From positions 224,001-288,000 of the forward strand of contig CAVYTA010000004.1 of NCBI GenBank assembly GCA_963771355.1: a stretch of DNA of 64,000 nt. The letters are read 5' to 3'. The notes under the pieces were generated by a model, which was not told where the DNA came from, searched no databases, and saw only the letters and a program-made list of their open reading frames with translations. The number at the start of each line of letters is the position of its first letter. The stretch's first letter is position 1. Shown piece by piece: positions 28,603 to 37,622 of this stretch. Source of the stretch: an uncultured Candidatus Rokubacteria bacterium. GTDB taxonomy: Bacteria; Methylomirabilota; Methylomirabilia; Rokubacteriales; CSP1-6. The translations under genes and the position numbers were made by a program.

Positions 28603-28643
28603 GTCCAACCCCGCAGTCCAGCGGTTTGCGGGCTCGCGCTGCT
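28603..28643 (+). other. Left half of an attC (right arm deleted)
   Basis: GTCCAAC CCCGC AGTCCAGCGG...CTCGCGCTGCT, same family as attC4 and attC8. Confidence 0.6.
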
Positions 28644-28672
28644 GGCCATCACACTGAGAGAGGAGAATCGCC

Positions 28673-29428
28673 ATGCCGTTCTACGAACGAGGCCCCGTCC
28701 GCATCCACTACCAGGAGGCAGGTTCCGGCTTCCCCCTGCTGCTCATTCCCGGCGGCGGGCTCAATTCAGCCCTATCATCCTGGCAGACCGCCTCGCCCTT
28801 CAACCCGATGGAACGGTACAAGGGCGACTTCCGCTGTATCTGCGCCGACCTGCGCAATGCCAATCCCGGCCAGTCCAGCGGCCCGCTGGAGATCGACCGT
28901 CCCTGGGACGCCTATGCCGACGACCAGCTTGGCCTGATGGACCACCTCGGCATCCGGGAGTTCCTGGTCATGGGCTTCTGCATCGGCGGACCGATGATCC
29001 ATAACCTGATCAAGCGGGCGCCGGAGCGCGTCGTCGCGGCCGCGATGATGCAACCCAGCGGGTCCAGGCCTGAGCTCCCGGACCTGTTCTACCAGAACAA
29101 CATCAAGGGCTGGGGACCCGCGCTGTGCGAGAAGCGCCCCGACGTCACGATGGCCATGGTCCATGACTTCCTCACCAGCATGTACACCAACCGCGCCGAC
29201 TTCGTTTTCACCGTGTCGCGCGATTTCGTGCGCTCGATCCAGACGCCGCTGCTGATCGCGCCGGACGACGTGCCCGCGCACCCGTACAAGGTCGCGATGG
29301 AGGTGGCTAGCCTCGCCCGGAACGCCGAGGTGACCATCTATCCCTGGAAGGATTCGCAGGAGCACATCGACGAGGTCGTGGAGCACGCGCGGCGCTTCCT
29401 CAAGGCGCACGAGCCCGTCAGAGCCTAG
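28673..29428 (+). CDS. Alpha/beta fold hydrolase
   Basis: IHYQEAGSGFPLLLIPGGG, GFCIGG elbow. Confidence 0.85.
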   Translation: MPFYERGPVRIHYQEAGSGFPLLLIPGGGLNSALSSWQTASPFNPMERYKGDFRCICADLRNANPGQSSGPLEIDRPWDAYADDQLGLMDHLGIREFLVMGFCIGGPMIHNLIKRAPERVVAAAMMQPSGSRPELPDLFYQNNIKGWGPALCEKRPDVTMAMVHDFLTSMYTNRADFVFTVSRDFVRSIQTPLLIAPDDVPAHPYKVAMEVASLARNAEVTIYPWKDSQEHIDEVVEHARRFLKAHEPVRA

Positions 29429-29436
29429 GATTTCTC

Positions 29437-29489
29437 CATCAACGTGGGAGCGGACGCGCTCGGTGCACCGCTGACCGTGGACGTTAAAG
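29437..29489 (+). other. Degenerate attC
   Basis: CATCAAC..GAGCGGACGCGCTCGGTGCACCGCTGACCGTGGAC GTTAAAG. Confidence 0.6.
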
Positions 29490-29499
29490 GGCCGGTGTG

Positions 29500-29976
29500 A
29501 TGGGCATTCTGGACTTCCTAAAGCGGCCCGCGTTCAGAGATCCGGTGGTGGGCAATCTTCTCCGCCAAGGGCGCTACTGGCGAGGCCAGATCAGCCTCGG
29601 ATCGGAGCGTGACGTGCCGATGCTTCTCGCCGGATCTCGGGCCGCTCCGGACGAAGCAGGCCTCGGACTCGCTCGCGAGCTCGGTCCTCGGTACGCGACG
29701 CTTCTACCGGCCATCGAGCGGGCGCTGTTCGAGCACCAAGAGCCGTATGCCGAGGCGGTGGCATCAGGCGAGGCCGGGCATCTGGTGGAAGTCCCGCGCC
29801 TTGCGAGTCCGGAGCAAGTGTGGGGGCATATCTCGGTCGTGCGCGTGCTGATCGAACCATTGGACGGGGTCGATACGGTGGAGATTGCCTATCGGACGGA
29901 CTGGGACACGGAACACACGCTGGGTGCTCGGTTTCAGGGCTGGGCATTGATCGAACTCAATGGCAGTGTCATCTGA
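29500..29976 (+). CDS. Hypothetical protein
   Basis: Co-oriented ORF directly after attC; WDTEHTLGARF. Confidence 0.7.
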   Translation: MGILDFLKRPAFRDPVVGNLLRQGRYWRGQISLGSERDVPMLLAGSRAAPDEAGLGLARELGPRYATLLPAIERALFEHQEPYAEAVASGEAGHLVEVPRLASPEQVWGHISVVRVLIEPLDGVDTVEIAYRTDWDTEHTLGARFQGWALIELNGSVI

Positions 29977-30067
29977 GGGGACGGGACCGGGTGAGAGAGG
30001 AGCCATCAAAGTAAGCTATGGCCATGTGGGTGGGACATACACGACCAGCTAACCTCGGAGGGCCTCC

Positions 30068-30871
30068 ATGATCATTGGCCTGGCGTCGCCTGGTATCGCC
30101 TCAACCCTTGATGAGGGCTTGGACCGGATCCAGCGGCTCCTGTCCGAAGCGTCGACCCAGGGCGCGGAGATCGTGTGTTTCCCGGAAGCCTATCTCCCGG
30201 GACTGCGGGGACAGGATTTTGAAGTAATGCCCTTTGATCTGGCGCTCCAGGAGCGGGCACTCGGGGCCGTGGCTCAGTGGGCGCGAACCTATGGGGTGGC
30301 CACTATCCTCGGGATGGAAAGGATCACGGGGGCGGGTCGGCAGATTGTCGCGTTCGTCATCGACGCCCGGGGCCAGATTCAGGGATACCAAACCAAGAAC
30401 CAACTAGACCCGACCGAGGATCAGTTCTACGTGCCTGGCGATACCCGGCGACTCTTCGAGATCAACGGGACGAAGTTTGGAGTGGCGATCTGCCATGAGG
30501 GCTGGCGCTATCCGGAGACGGTGCGGTGGGCGGCGGTGCGGGGCGCCAAGATCGTCTTCCACCCCCATCACACGGGGAGTGATCGAGAAGGTGTCCGACT
30601 GTCGGAATGGGGCGCGGCCAGCAGCCCGTACTACGAGAAGGCGATGGCCATGCGCAGCCGGGAGAACACGATCTACTTTGCCAGCGTCAACTACGCGTTG
30701 CGCTTCCAGGAATCGGCGACAAGTCTGATCACCCCGTCCGGCGAGTGCCAGGCGTACCTCCCTTATGGGCAGGAAGGCGTACTGGTGCAGGCCATCAAGG
30801 TCGAGGAAGCAACCGGATTGCTCGCGAGTCGATACGCACCCCAGCGCTATCCAGAATTCCCGCGGGAGTGA
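30068..30871 (+). CDS. Carbon-nitrogen hydrolase (nitrilase family)
   Basis: VCFPE, K, AICHEG catalytic E-K-C pattern. Confidence 0.9.
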   Translation: MIIGLASPGIASTLDEGLDRIQRLLSEASTQGAEIVCFPEAYLPGLRGQDFEVMPFDLALQERALGAVAQWARTYGVATILGMERITGAGRQIVAFVIDARGQIQGYQTKNQLDPTEDQFYVPGDTRRLFEINGTKFGVAICHEGWRYPETVRWAAVRGAKIVFHPHHTGSDREGVRLSEWGAASSPYYEKAMAMRSRENTIYFASVNYALRFQESATSLITPSGECQAYLPYGQEGVLVQAIKVEEATGLLASRYAPQRYPEFPRE

Positions 30872-30873
30872 CC

Positions 30874-30917
30874 GCTCAACCCCGCATGCCGTCGACGCCG
30901 TTCCGCCGGCGTTAGGG
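30874..30917 (+). other. Shortened attC remnant
   Basis: GCTCAAC CCCGCATGC...CGCCGGC GTTAGGG. Confidence 0.45.
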
Positions 30918-30925
30918 CGCTGCCC

Positions 30926-31744
30926 GTGCTGGCCACCCTCAGACAGGCTCGCCGCGCGGACATTCCGGCGATGCATCGTGTTCGGCTCGCCGTGCGTGAG
31001 AACCGGCTCACCTCGAGGATCACCGAAGAGGACTATATTCCGGCGATCGAGGAAACCGGTCGTGGGTGGGTCGTCGAAGTCGACGGTGGGGTGGTAGGCT
31101 TTGCGGTCGGAAACGCGGCGACCGGGAACATCTGGGCATTGTTCGTGGATCCCGCGCATGAAGGTCAGGGCCATGGCCGCCGCTTGCACGATGCCATGGT
31201 CGAGTGGCTGTTCTCTCGCGGTCTCGAGCGGCTATGGCTCAGTACCGATCCCAACACACGTGCCCACCGGTTCTACGAGTCGGCGGGATGGCGGCATACG
31301 GGTATGCTCGCCAACGGCGAAGCAACCTTTGAGCGCCATGCTCCAATCGGCCCGCACCCTATGCCGGGGAGGTCAGGAGGCATGATCAAGTTCGATCATC
31401 TCAGGATCCCGGTCACTGATCTGGCGCGCTCGCGCGACTGGTACATTCGCACGCTGGGCCTGAAGGTCGAGTTCGAGGTTCCGGACCGGCAGACGGTCGC
31501 GCTCCAGGACAGCGACGGCTTTACGATCTTTCTTCAGGAGGTACCCCCTCCCGTCGTGCCAAACCAGTGCGCTCTGTGGTTTCAGGTCACCGATGTCGAC
31601 ACCATGTTCACGGACTGGTCCGCACGAGGAGTCGAGTTCGCCCATAGCCCGCGCAAGTCCTACTGGGGCTACGGGGCCGAGCTCGTCGATCCCGACGGGT
31701 ACTTGATTCGGCTCTGGGACGAGCATTCGATGAAGGCAAAGTGA
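30926..31744 (+). CDS. GNAT acetyltransferase fused in frame to a VOC/glyoxalase protein
   Basis: WALFVDPAHEGQGHGRRL...FYESAGW; internal AGGAGG plus ATG 31382 starts MIKFDHL...YWGYGAELVDPDGY. Confidence 0.8.
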   Translation: MLATLRQARRADIPAMHRVRLAVRENRLTSRITEEDYIPAIEETGRGWVVEVDGGVVGFAVGNAATGNIWALFVDPAHEGQGHGRRLHDAMVEWLFSRGLERLWLSTDPNTRAHRFYESAGWRHTGMLANGEATFERHAPIGPHPMPGRSGGMIKFDHLRIPVTDLARSRDWYIRTLGLKVEFEVPDRQTVALQDSDGFTIFLQEVPPPVVPNQCALWFQVTDVDTMFTDWSARGVEFAHSPRKSYWGYGAELVDPDGYLIRLWDEHSMKAK

Positions 31745-31769
31745 CGGGGTTGCCGAACAGAGGGCGTGG

Positions 31770-32321
31770 ATGGCTACTCTCGAAGAGTACAGCGGGCTCC
31801 CGATAGAGGCTCGTCTCCGACGTCTGGAGCAGACGCCGGGCGAGCTGGAGCGCGACCTGTCTGGAAAGACGGACGCCGAGCTTTCCCGGCGCCCCGACGC
31901 CCACAATTGGGCCGTCAAGGAAATCGTCTGTCACCTGCGTGATGTCGAGGAGCTCTTCCAGATCCGGTTCCACACCGTGGTGGCCCTCGACGAGCCTCGC
32001 ATCCTCGTGCTGGGGGCGCGCGCGAACGACCTGGCGGCCTGGCGGATCGGAGGCGCGATTGGCCACCCGCTCGATCCGGGGCGGTGGGCCGAGGAGCGCC
32101 AGTATCTCCGCAACGACACCGGTGAGGCGCTGGCCGCATTTCAGCGGCGCCGGACCGAGGTCTTGGTGCTCCTGCGTTCCCTCTCGCCGGCGGAATGGCA
32201 GCGCGGAGGTATTCATCTCAGCCAGGGTCGCCTCACTCTGGCGGACTGGGTGGCCAGGCTCGCCGCGCACGATGACAACCACGTCACCCAGCTCCGCCGC
32301 GCACTCGAAGGTCGGGCATGA
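31770..32321 (+). CDS. DinB family protein
   Basis: WAVKEIVCHLRD.E, AHDDNH..Q. Confidence 0.85.
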   Translation: MATLEEYSGLPIEARLRRLEQTPGELERDLSGKTDAELSRRPDAHNWAVKEIVCHLRDVEELFQIRFHTVVALDEPRILVLGARANDLAAWRIGGAIGHPLDPGRWAEERQYLRNDTGEALAAFQRRRTEVLVLLRSLSPAEWQRGGIHLSQGRLTLADWVARLAAHDDNHVTQLRRALEGRA

Positions 32322-32360
32322 AGTCGGAGCGGTGGTAGGATCGCCCGAAGGGGATCTCAC

Positions 32361-32768
32361 ATGGCATCGATTCGTAAAGAGATCGTAGTCGAGGTCAGCC
32401 CGGAGAATGTCTGGGCGGCGGTTCGCGATGTCGGCGCAATCCATGTGCGCCTGGTACGGGGCTTCGTGGTCGACTGTCGCCTGGAAGGCGACGCCCGGAT
32501 CGTCACCTTTGCCAATGGGTTGGTCGTACGCGAGCTGATCGTGGACGTCGACGACACCGCGCGCCGGCTGGCATGGGCGGTGGTGGGAGGACCGCTCACG
32601 CACCACAATGCGTCGGTGCAGGTGTTCGCCGAGGGGGCTGGTCATACCCGGCTCGTCTGGATCGCCGACTTGCTGCCGAACGAGATGGCCGGGACCATCG
32701 ACGGAATGATCCAGCTGGGGATCGTCGCCATGAAGCGGACGCTGGAGGGCAATTCGACGAATGGCTGA
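32361..32768 (+). CDS. SRPBCC family protein
   Basis: ENVWAAVRDVG, RIVTFANG, TRLVWIADLLP. Confidence 0.85.
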   Translation: MASIRKEIVVEVSPENVWAAVRDVGAIHVRLVRGFVVDCRLEGDARIVTFANGLVVRELIVDVDDTARRLAWAVVGGPLTHHNASVQVFAEGAGHTRLVWIADLLPNEMAGTIDGMIQLGIVAMKRTLEGNSTNG

Positions 32769-32827
32769 ACGCAAACGGTGGGCTTCGGGGCTCCCACCCG
32801 CGGCCGTCTAGCTCGGGCGCCGGAGTG

Positions 32828-33154
32828 GTGCTGAGACCTCCCGCGATACTGACGGTGTTGGCCTGCCTGGGTTTGACGACGTGGCCGTCGCTACAAGCGA
32901 CAGAGCGCTGGTACCTGATGTCCCGACATGGGGATTGCGTGGAAGTCGACACCCTCAAGCGCAAGGTGCCCGACCTCGGTGGTATCAACGACCCGCACTC
33001 GTTTGCCGGGCTTATGCGGCAGAAGGGATTCAAGGTGACGTCGATCCCGACCTCGGTGCCGGCAGGACAGGCCCACCAGGTGAGCGTGCCGGAGAAGGAC
33101 TTGTCCTTGATGTTCGTCACATCGGAAGTGTGTCGCGGATCAGGCGTGCGGTGA
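32828..33154 (+). CDS. Secreted hypothetical protein
   Basis: Signal-like N-terminus, two Cys; co-oriented with the array. Confidence 0.5.
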   Translation: MLRPPAILTVLACLGLTTWPSLQATERWYLMSRHGDCVEVDTLKRKVPDLGGINDPHSFAGLMRQKGFKVTSIPTSVPAGQAHQVSVPEKDLSLMFVTSEVCRGSGVR

Positions 33155-33245
33155 ACGGCCGCCCCGCCGAGGCGAAGGTGAGTGACGGTGCACCATCGAC
33201 TCGAAGCAGCGCGGCGCGGTTCCCGCGCGGGCGTCTCCGGCTTAG

Positions 33246-33632
33246 ATGCTGATCCTGGTGGTCGGCCTGCTGGTTCCGGTAGCGATGGTGGCACTGTACC
33301 GGTACTTCGTGAGGAAGCGGGATGGGCGGGCTCGGTGGCGCTCGGCCGCCACGATCGGCGCATCGGTTGGCATCACGCGCGCGGTGTTGGCCTGTACGGG
33401 GTGGTACGTAGTCGAGCACACGGGCGGACCACTTCAGATCCCGGCTTTCGCGCTGGCGATGTTGGCATGGCCCGAAGCGATTGTGTTCGGCCGGCATCGA
33501 GGCCCTGTTCCGCTGAGTTTCTATCCCGTGCTTGCACTTCTGCTCATCGTGACATCTATGTCGCTGGTGACCAGTGTGGCTCTCGCGGCACACGCCAGCC
33601 ACGGGCAGCGCGCCGCCCGGAGCGGATCATGA
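33246..33632 (+). CDS. Hypothetical membrane protein
   Basis: Several hydrophobic segments. Confidence 0.6.
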   Translation: MLILVVGLLVPVAMVALYRYFVRKRDGRARWRSAATIGASVGITRAVLACTGWYVVEHTGGPLQIPAFALAMLAWPEAIVFGRHRGPVPLSFYPVLALLLIVTSMSLVTSVALAAHASHGQRAARSGS

Positions 33633-34291
33633 GCGATGACGAGGTTGACCAGACATGGGTCTCGCGCGAGGCCGCCGTGTGTAGTTCGAGGGCGCGGAAG
33701 GCTTTGGTCGCGGCTTTTGTCGCTCTGCTCATAGCGAGCCTGGCGGCGGCTGGCGTCGCCGACGCGGCCGCCGGACCGGGGCGCCCCAGTCTTCCCCAAG
33801 TTCCCTATGAGGACCACGGTGCGTGTCCCTTCGAGTGCTGCACCTATCGGACGTGGACGGTCAAAGCCGATACACCGGTCCGCACGGATCGCCGGGACAC
33901 CGCCCCGGTGGCCTTTCGTGTCCGTCCGGGCGAGCAGGTAAATGGTCTCACGGGCGTCGTGGTCACGAGGAAGCTGGGTAGGGCCACGATCCGGGAGCCG
34001 ATAGTCGTCGAGACGGACAAGCTCGCGCTTGAACCCGGTGAAGCAGTGTCCGTCGTCAACTACATCGGCGAGGGAGTGTGGAAGATCTGGGCGCGGGGAC
34101 GACTTTACCACCTTGAGATCGCGAGCAAGGAGCACACCTGCGCTGGGCACGCCCGAACACCCGGTCCATGTGCCGCCCAGATCGTCGAGGAACCGGAGAC
34201 CGTGTGGTGGGCGAAGGTACGCAACCGCGGTGGGCAGGAAGGTTGGACGCGACAGCTGGATCACTTCGGTCAGATCGACGCTTGCGGCTAG
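33629..34291 (+). CDS. Secreted hypothetical protein (SH3-like beta protein)
   Basis: GACPFECCTY..W, YIGEG..KIW, WWAKVRN..GQEGW, DACG. Confidence 0.7.
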   Translation: MSDDEVDQTWVSREAAVCSSRARKALVAAFVALLIASLAAAGVADAAAGPGRPSLPQVPYEDHGACPFECCTYRTWTVKADTPVRTDRRDTAPVAFRVRPGEQVNGLTGVVVTRKLGRATIREPIVVETDKLALEPGEAVSVVNYIGEGVWKIWARGRLYHLEIASKEHTCAGHARTPGPCAAQIVEEPETVWWAKVRNRGGQEGWTRQLDHFGQIDACG

Positions 34292-34358
34292 ATCCCGTGC
34301 TCGCAAGGGCTGAACCACGGTGGGACAGAGGACTTCGAGAGGGCATGGGCGGTCGTCG

Positions 34359-34796
34359 ATGCTGAACCTGTTCGGCTTCCTGGCGGTGGGGTGCTGCGGC
34401 TTGTTCGCCGGCGCCGCGCTCTACGTCAACCTGGTCGAGCATCCGGCTCGAATGAGCTGCGGCGTGGACCTTGCGCTCCGTGAGTGGGCGCCCAGCTACA
34501 AGCGTGCCTCGGTCATGCAGGCGTCCCTTGCCGTGATCGGCGGCGTGGCCGGCGTGTTGGCGTGGGCGCTCCTGGGCGGTCTCGGCTACCTCGTCGGGGC
34601 TCTCCTCCTGCTGGCGGTGGTGCCGTTCACACTTCTCGTCGTCTTCCCGACAAACAAGCGCCTCCTGGAGCTCCATGCCGAAGGTCAGATTGGTAACGCG
34701 CGCGAGCTGCTCAAGCGGTGGAACGCGCTTCACGCGGTACGGACCGCATTGAGCGTGGTGGCATTCGTCTTGATGCTGCGTGCGCTCAGGGGGTAG
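34359..34796 (+). CDS. DUF1772 (anthrone oxygenase-like) membrane protein
   Basis: GLFAGAALYVNLVEHPAR, PTNKRL, WNALHAVRT. Confidence 0.85.
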   Translation: MLNLFGFLAVGCCGLFAGAALYVNLVEHPARMSCGVDLALREWAPSYKRASVMQASLAVIGGVAGVLAWALLGGLGYLVGALLLLAVVPFTLLVVFPTNKRLLELHAEGQIGNARELLKRWNALHAVRTALSVVAFVLMLRALRG

Positions 34797-34973
34797 ATGC
34801 CAAGTCGGCACCGCCCCCGTCCCCGGCGCGCGATGGTCGCTGGTGTTATGGTTTGTGATGATGATTGCCCGCTGACGCGACTCTTGTGACGATGCGGGGC
34901 TCGTCAACCTGCAAACCTCTTCACGCCTGGTGGCCGAGCTTCGCGGTTGGCGCGACGGATAGAGGAGAAACAC

Positions 34974-35507
34974 ATGGCCGAGCCCCTGAAGGCACTGAAC
35001 CTGAAACGCTGGATCGACGAACACCGTCACCTGTTGAAGCCTCCGGTAGGGGCTGAGGTGATCTGGAAGGACTCCCAGTTCATGGTCATGCTCATCGGGG
35101 GCCCGAACGCGCGCCGAGACTTCCACATCGACCCGCGCGATGAGTTCTTTTACCAGCTTGAAGGCGACATGATCCTGGAGCTCATCGACGAAAGAGGCAA
35201 GAGACAGCGGGAGAAGATCCGGGAGGGAGACGTACTTCTGTTACCGGCCAATACTCCTCATTCTCCACAGCGGCCGGCGAACACGGTGGGCTTGGTGGTG
35301 GAGCCCGTCCGAGGCCCGCATGAACCTGAAAGCTACGCCTGGTACTGTGAGCAGTGCGACGCCAAGCTGTACGACATGTCCAGGGGGGAGGGCGACCTCC
35401 TGCTGGACCTGCGAAGGGTGTCGGAGAAGTTCAATGCGAGTGAAGCGCTTCGAACATGCAGGCCCTGCGGTTACGTGCAGCCGGTGGCGACGGGCCCCCG
35501 CTTGTAG
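34974..35507 (+). CDS. nbaC: 3-hydroxyanthranilate 3,4-dioxygenase
   Basis: LLKPPVG, GGPNARRDFH, EFFYQLEGDM, PHSPQR, rubredoxin-like CxxC pairs. Confidence 0.9.
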   Translation: MAEPLKALNLKRWIDEHRHLLKPPVGAEVIWKDSQFMVMLIGGPNARRDFHIDPRDEFFYQLEGDMILELIDERGKRQREKIREGDVLLLPANTPHSPQRPANTVGLVVEPVRGPHEPESYAWYCEQCDAKLYDMSRGEGDLLLDLRRVSEKFNASEALRTCRPCGYVQPVATGPRL

Positions 35508-35580
35508 TTCGAATGGTCCCGTCGCCCTTGTCGCGAACTCTCGCGGCGGTTCGACAACATCATTCTGGGGAGGAACAGCC

Positions 35581-35880
35581 ATGATCATGCGGATCACGTG
35601 GGGCAAGCTCCGGCCCGGCTCATGGAACGAGTTCGAGAGGACGTACAAGGCGACGGTGGCCGCCAAGGGGGGCACCAGCAAAGGCCTGCGTGGACGGTGG
35701 CTCATGCAGGACACGGCCGATGCGGATACGGGGTTCGCGGTCAGCCTGTGGGAAAACGCGGCGGAGATGCAGGCCTACGAGAAGAGCGATCTCTACCAGA
35801 AGGAGTTCGCGCCCGCCCTCCAGCCGTTCTTCGTCGGGGAGTACAAGACCTATCGCTGTGAGGTCAAGTACATGCAATAG
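35581..35880 (+). CDS. Antibiotic biosynthesis monooxygenase (ABM)-like protein
   Basis: MIMRITWGKLRPGSW...SLWE; GGAGG RBS. Confidence 0.75.
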   Translation: MIMRITWGKLRPGSWNEFERTYKATVAAKGGTSKGLRGRWLMQDTADADTGFAVSLWENAAEMQAYEKSDLYQKEFAPALQPFFVGEYKTYRCEVKYMQ

Positions 35881-35908
35881 CCCGCGCATGGCGGCGCGGT
35901 CGCACACG

Positions 35909-36022
35909 CCCAGGGCCCGGGGGGTCCTCGATACCGATCTGACCGGGAAGAACGCGAGCTTCTCGAATGCGACGATCTTCGTCGGTCTCGTGGAGTGGGC
36001 CGACAAAGTCCTCACGGAATAG
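35909..36022 (+). pseudogene. 3' fragment of a DsrE-like protein
   Basis: ARGVLDTDLTGKNASF...LVEWADKVLTE* resembles a DsrE/F C-terminus; 5' part missing. Confidence 0.5.
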
Positions 36023-36084
36023 TAGCGCGGTCAACCGGACCTACCGGCGAGCCACCGGCAACACCTCGAAAGGAGCACGGGCCG

Positions 36085-36498
36085 ATGCCGCTGCAGGACA
36101 TGTACCCCGTCATCGTCACGCCCCAGCACAAGGAGTGCCGGGACTTCTATGCGCGCTGGTTCGAAGCCGCCGTCGTGTTCGAGGCGTCGTGGTTTGTCCT
36201 TCTGGCATTGCCCGGCGATCCGCCGCGGACGGTGGCCTTCATGGCCCCCGACCATCCCTCCTCGCCTCCAGGCCCCGAAACCTTCAACGGCACGGGTCTC
36301 TTCCTCACGTTCCAGGTCTCGGATGCGGCCGCGGAGTACGCGCGGCTCGAGCAGGGGGGCGCGACGTTTGTCTACGCGTTGCGAGACGAACCGTGGGGCC
36401 AGCGTCGCTTCGCACTGCGGGATCCGTCGGGTTGCTGGGTTGATGTGGTGGAGCAAACGGAGCCGGCGCCGGGCTTCTGGGATCCCTATGTCTCGTAG
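36085..36498 (+). CDS. VOC/glyoxalase family protein
   Basis: RDFY, LRDEPWGQRRFALRDPSG. Confidence 0.88.
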   Translation: MPLQDMYPVIVTPQHKECRDFYARWFEAAVVFEASWFVLLALPGDPPRTVAFMAPDHPSSPPGPETFNGTGLFLTFQVSDAAAEYARLEQGGATFVYALRDEPWGQRRFALRDPSGCWVDVVEQTEPAPGFWDPYVS

Positions 36499-36514
36499 CG
36501 CCGCGCCCTGAGCG

Positions 36515-36994
36515 GTGAACCCCTCGGCTCCCGACCACCCCGCGAACACCGGCCTGCGTCGCCACTGCCAGGCGCAGGCTCAGCGATCGGGCATGCCGCC
36601 GCTCGCCTCTCCCGATGAGGTCGTGCGACCGTACGAGACGCTGGGCACGCATCCTGATCTGGTCGCCCGACTCTGGGACGAGCTCCCGGCCGAGCTGCCC
36701 GTGGATTGTCGAGTGGTCTTCTACGGCATGCCCGTCTTGATGCACCCCACGACGGGCATCGTGTTCGGCTTCGCGGGCGGCACCCACACCTACGCGCTCC
36801 GACTTCCCGAGCGGGAACGGGCGGAAGCGCTCCAAGCCGGCGCCACCCGGATCAAGCACTACCGTTCGGTCCAGATCAGCTTCGATCTCGACGACATCGG
36901 GCCAGAGTGGGTATTTTGCGGGTGGTTCAAGGGCGAGGAAGCGTGGTGTCGTTCGGCGTTCGAGAGCGCGGGTTCTCAAGGGAGCAGAGTATGA
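36515..36994 (+). CDS. Hypothetical protein
   Basis: LGTHPDLVARLW...FAGGTHTYALRLP. Confidence 0.7.
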   Translation: MNPSAPDHPANTGLRRHCQAQAQRSGMPPLASPDEVVRPYETLGTHPDLVARLWDELPAELPVDCRVVFYGMPVLMHPTTGIVFGFAGGTHTYALRLPERERAEALQAGATRIKHYRSVQISFDLDDIGPEWVFCGWFKGEEAWCRSAFESAGSQGSRV

Positions 36995-37054
36995 AGACCA
37001 CCTCGAGCCCTGGCGGCTGAAGCGGGACGGGTGCGGTCGAGAGGCCGTCGCGCC

Positions 37055-37612
37055 ATGGAGCTGGTCTGGCCTTCCCCGCAGCACCTCGAAAGCTATGTCG
37101 CCGCCCTCGAGCGCGGCTGGTCGCCCGACAACGTTCGCGGTGAGACGGCCGCGCGCGAGGAGCTGAGGTCGATCGCCACCGACCCCGCCGCATTCCTCGC
37201 CGGTCTGGTGGACCGTGAGGCAAAGGGCTCGCCCATCACCCTTCCCGACGGCTCGAGGGTCCCACGCCTTCCCGGGTATCGTCGTTGGATGTGGGATGGT
37301 GAGTTCTGCGGGAGCATCGGCTTTCGCTGGCAGCCCGGGACCCCGGCGCTCCCGCCACATTGCCTGGGGCACGTAGGATACGCGGTCGTTCCTTGGAAGC
37401 AGGGAAGAGGGTATGCAACACTCGCGCTCAGGCTATTGCTGCCAGAGGCCCGCGCGGAGGGGTTGCCGTTCATCGAGCTCACCACCGACCCGACGAACAT
37501 GGCCTCTCAGCGAGTCATCCGGGCCAATGGTGGTGTTCTGGTCGAACGCTTCACAACGCCCGCCCAGCTCGGGGCGACTGAGACCCTCCGGTTCAGAATC
37601 ACGCTGTCATGA
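37055..37612 (+). CDS. GNAT family N-acetyltransferase
   Basis: GHVGYAVVPWKQGRGYAT, N.ASQRVI..NGG. Confidence 0.88.
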   Translation: MELVWPSPQHLESYVAALERGWSPDNVRGETAAREELRSIATDPAAFLAGLVDREAKGSPITLPDGSRVPRLPGYRRWMWDGEFCGSIGFRWQPGTPALPPHCLGHVGYAVVPWKQGRGYATLALRLLLPEARAEGLPFIELTTDPTNMASQRVIRANGGVLVERFTTPAQLGATETLRFRITLS

Positions 37613-37622
37613 AAGGGGGGAC

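Noticed and set aside
32763..32800. attC at GGCTGAAC…GGTGGG-N-CCCACC
   Set aside because: There is a hairpin but no L boxes or GTT R' box; too degenerate to call.
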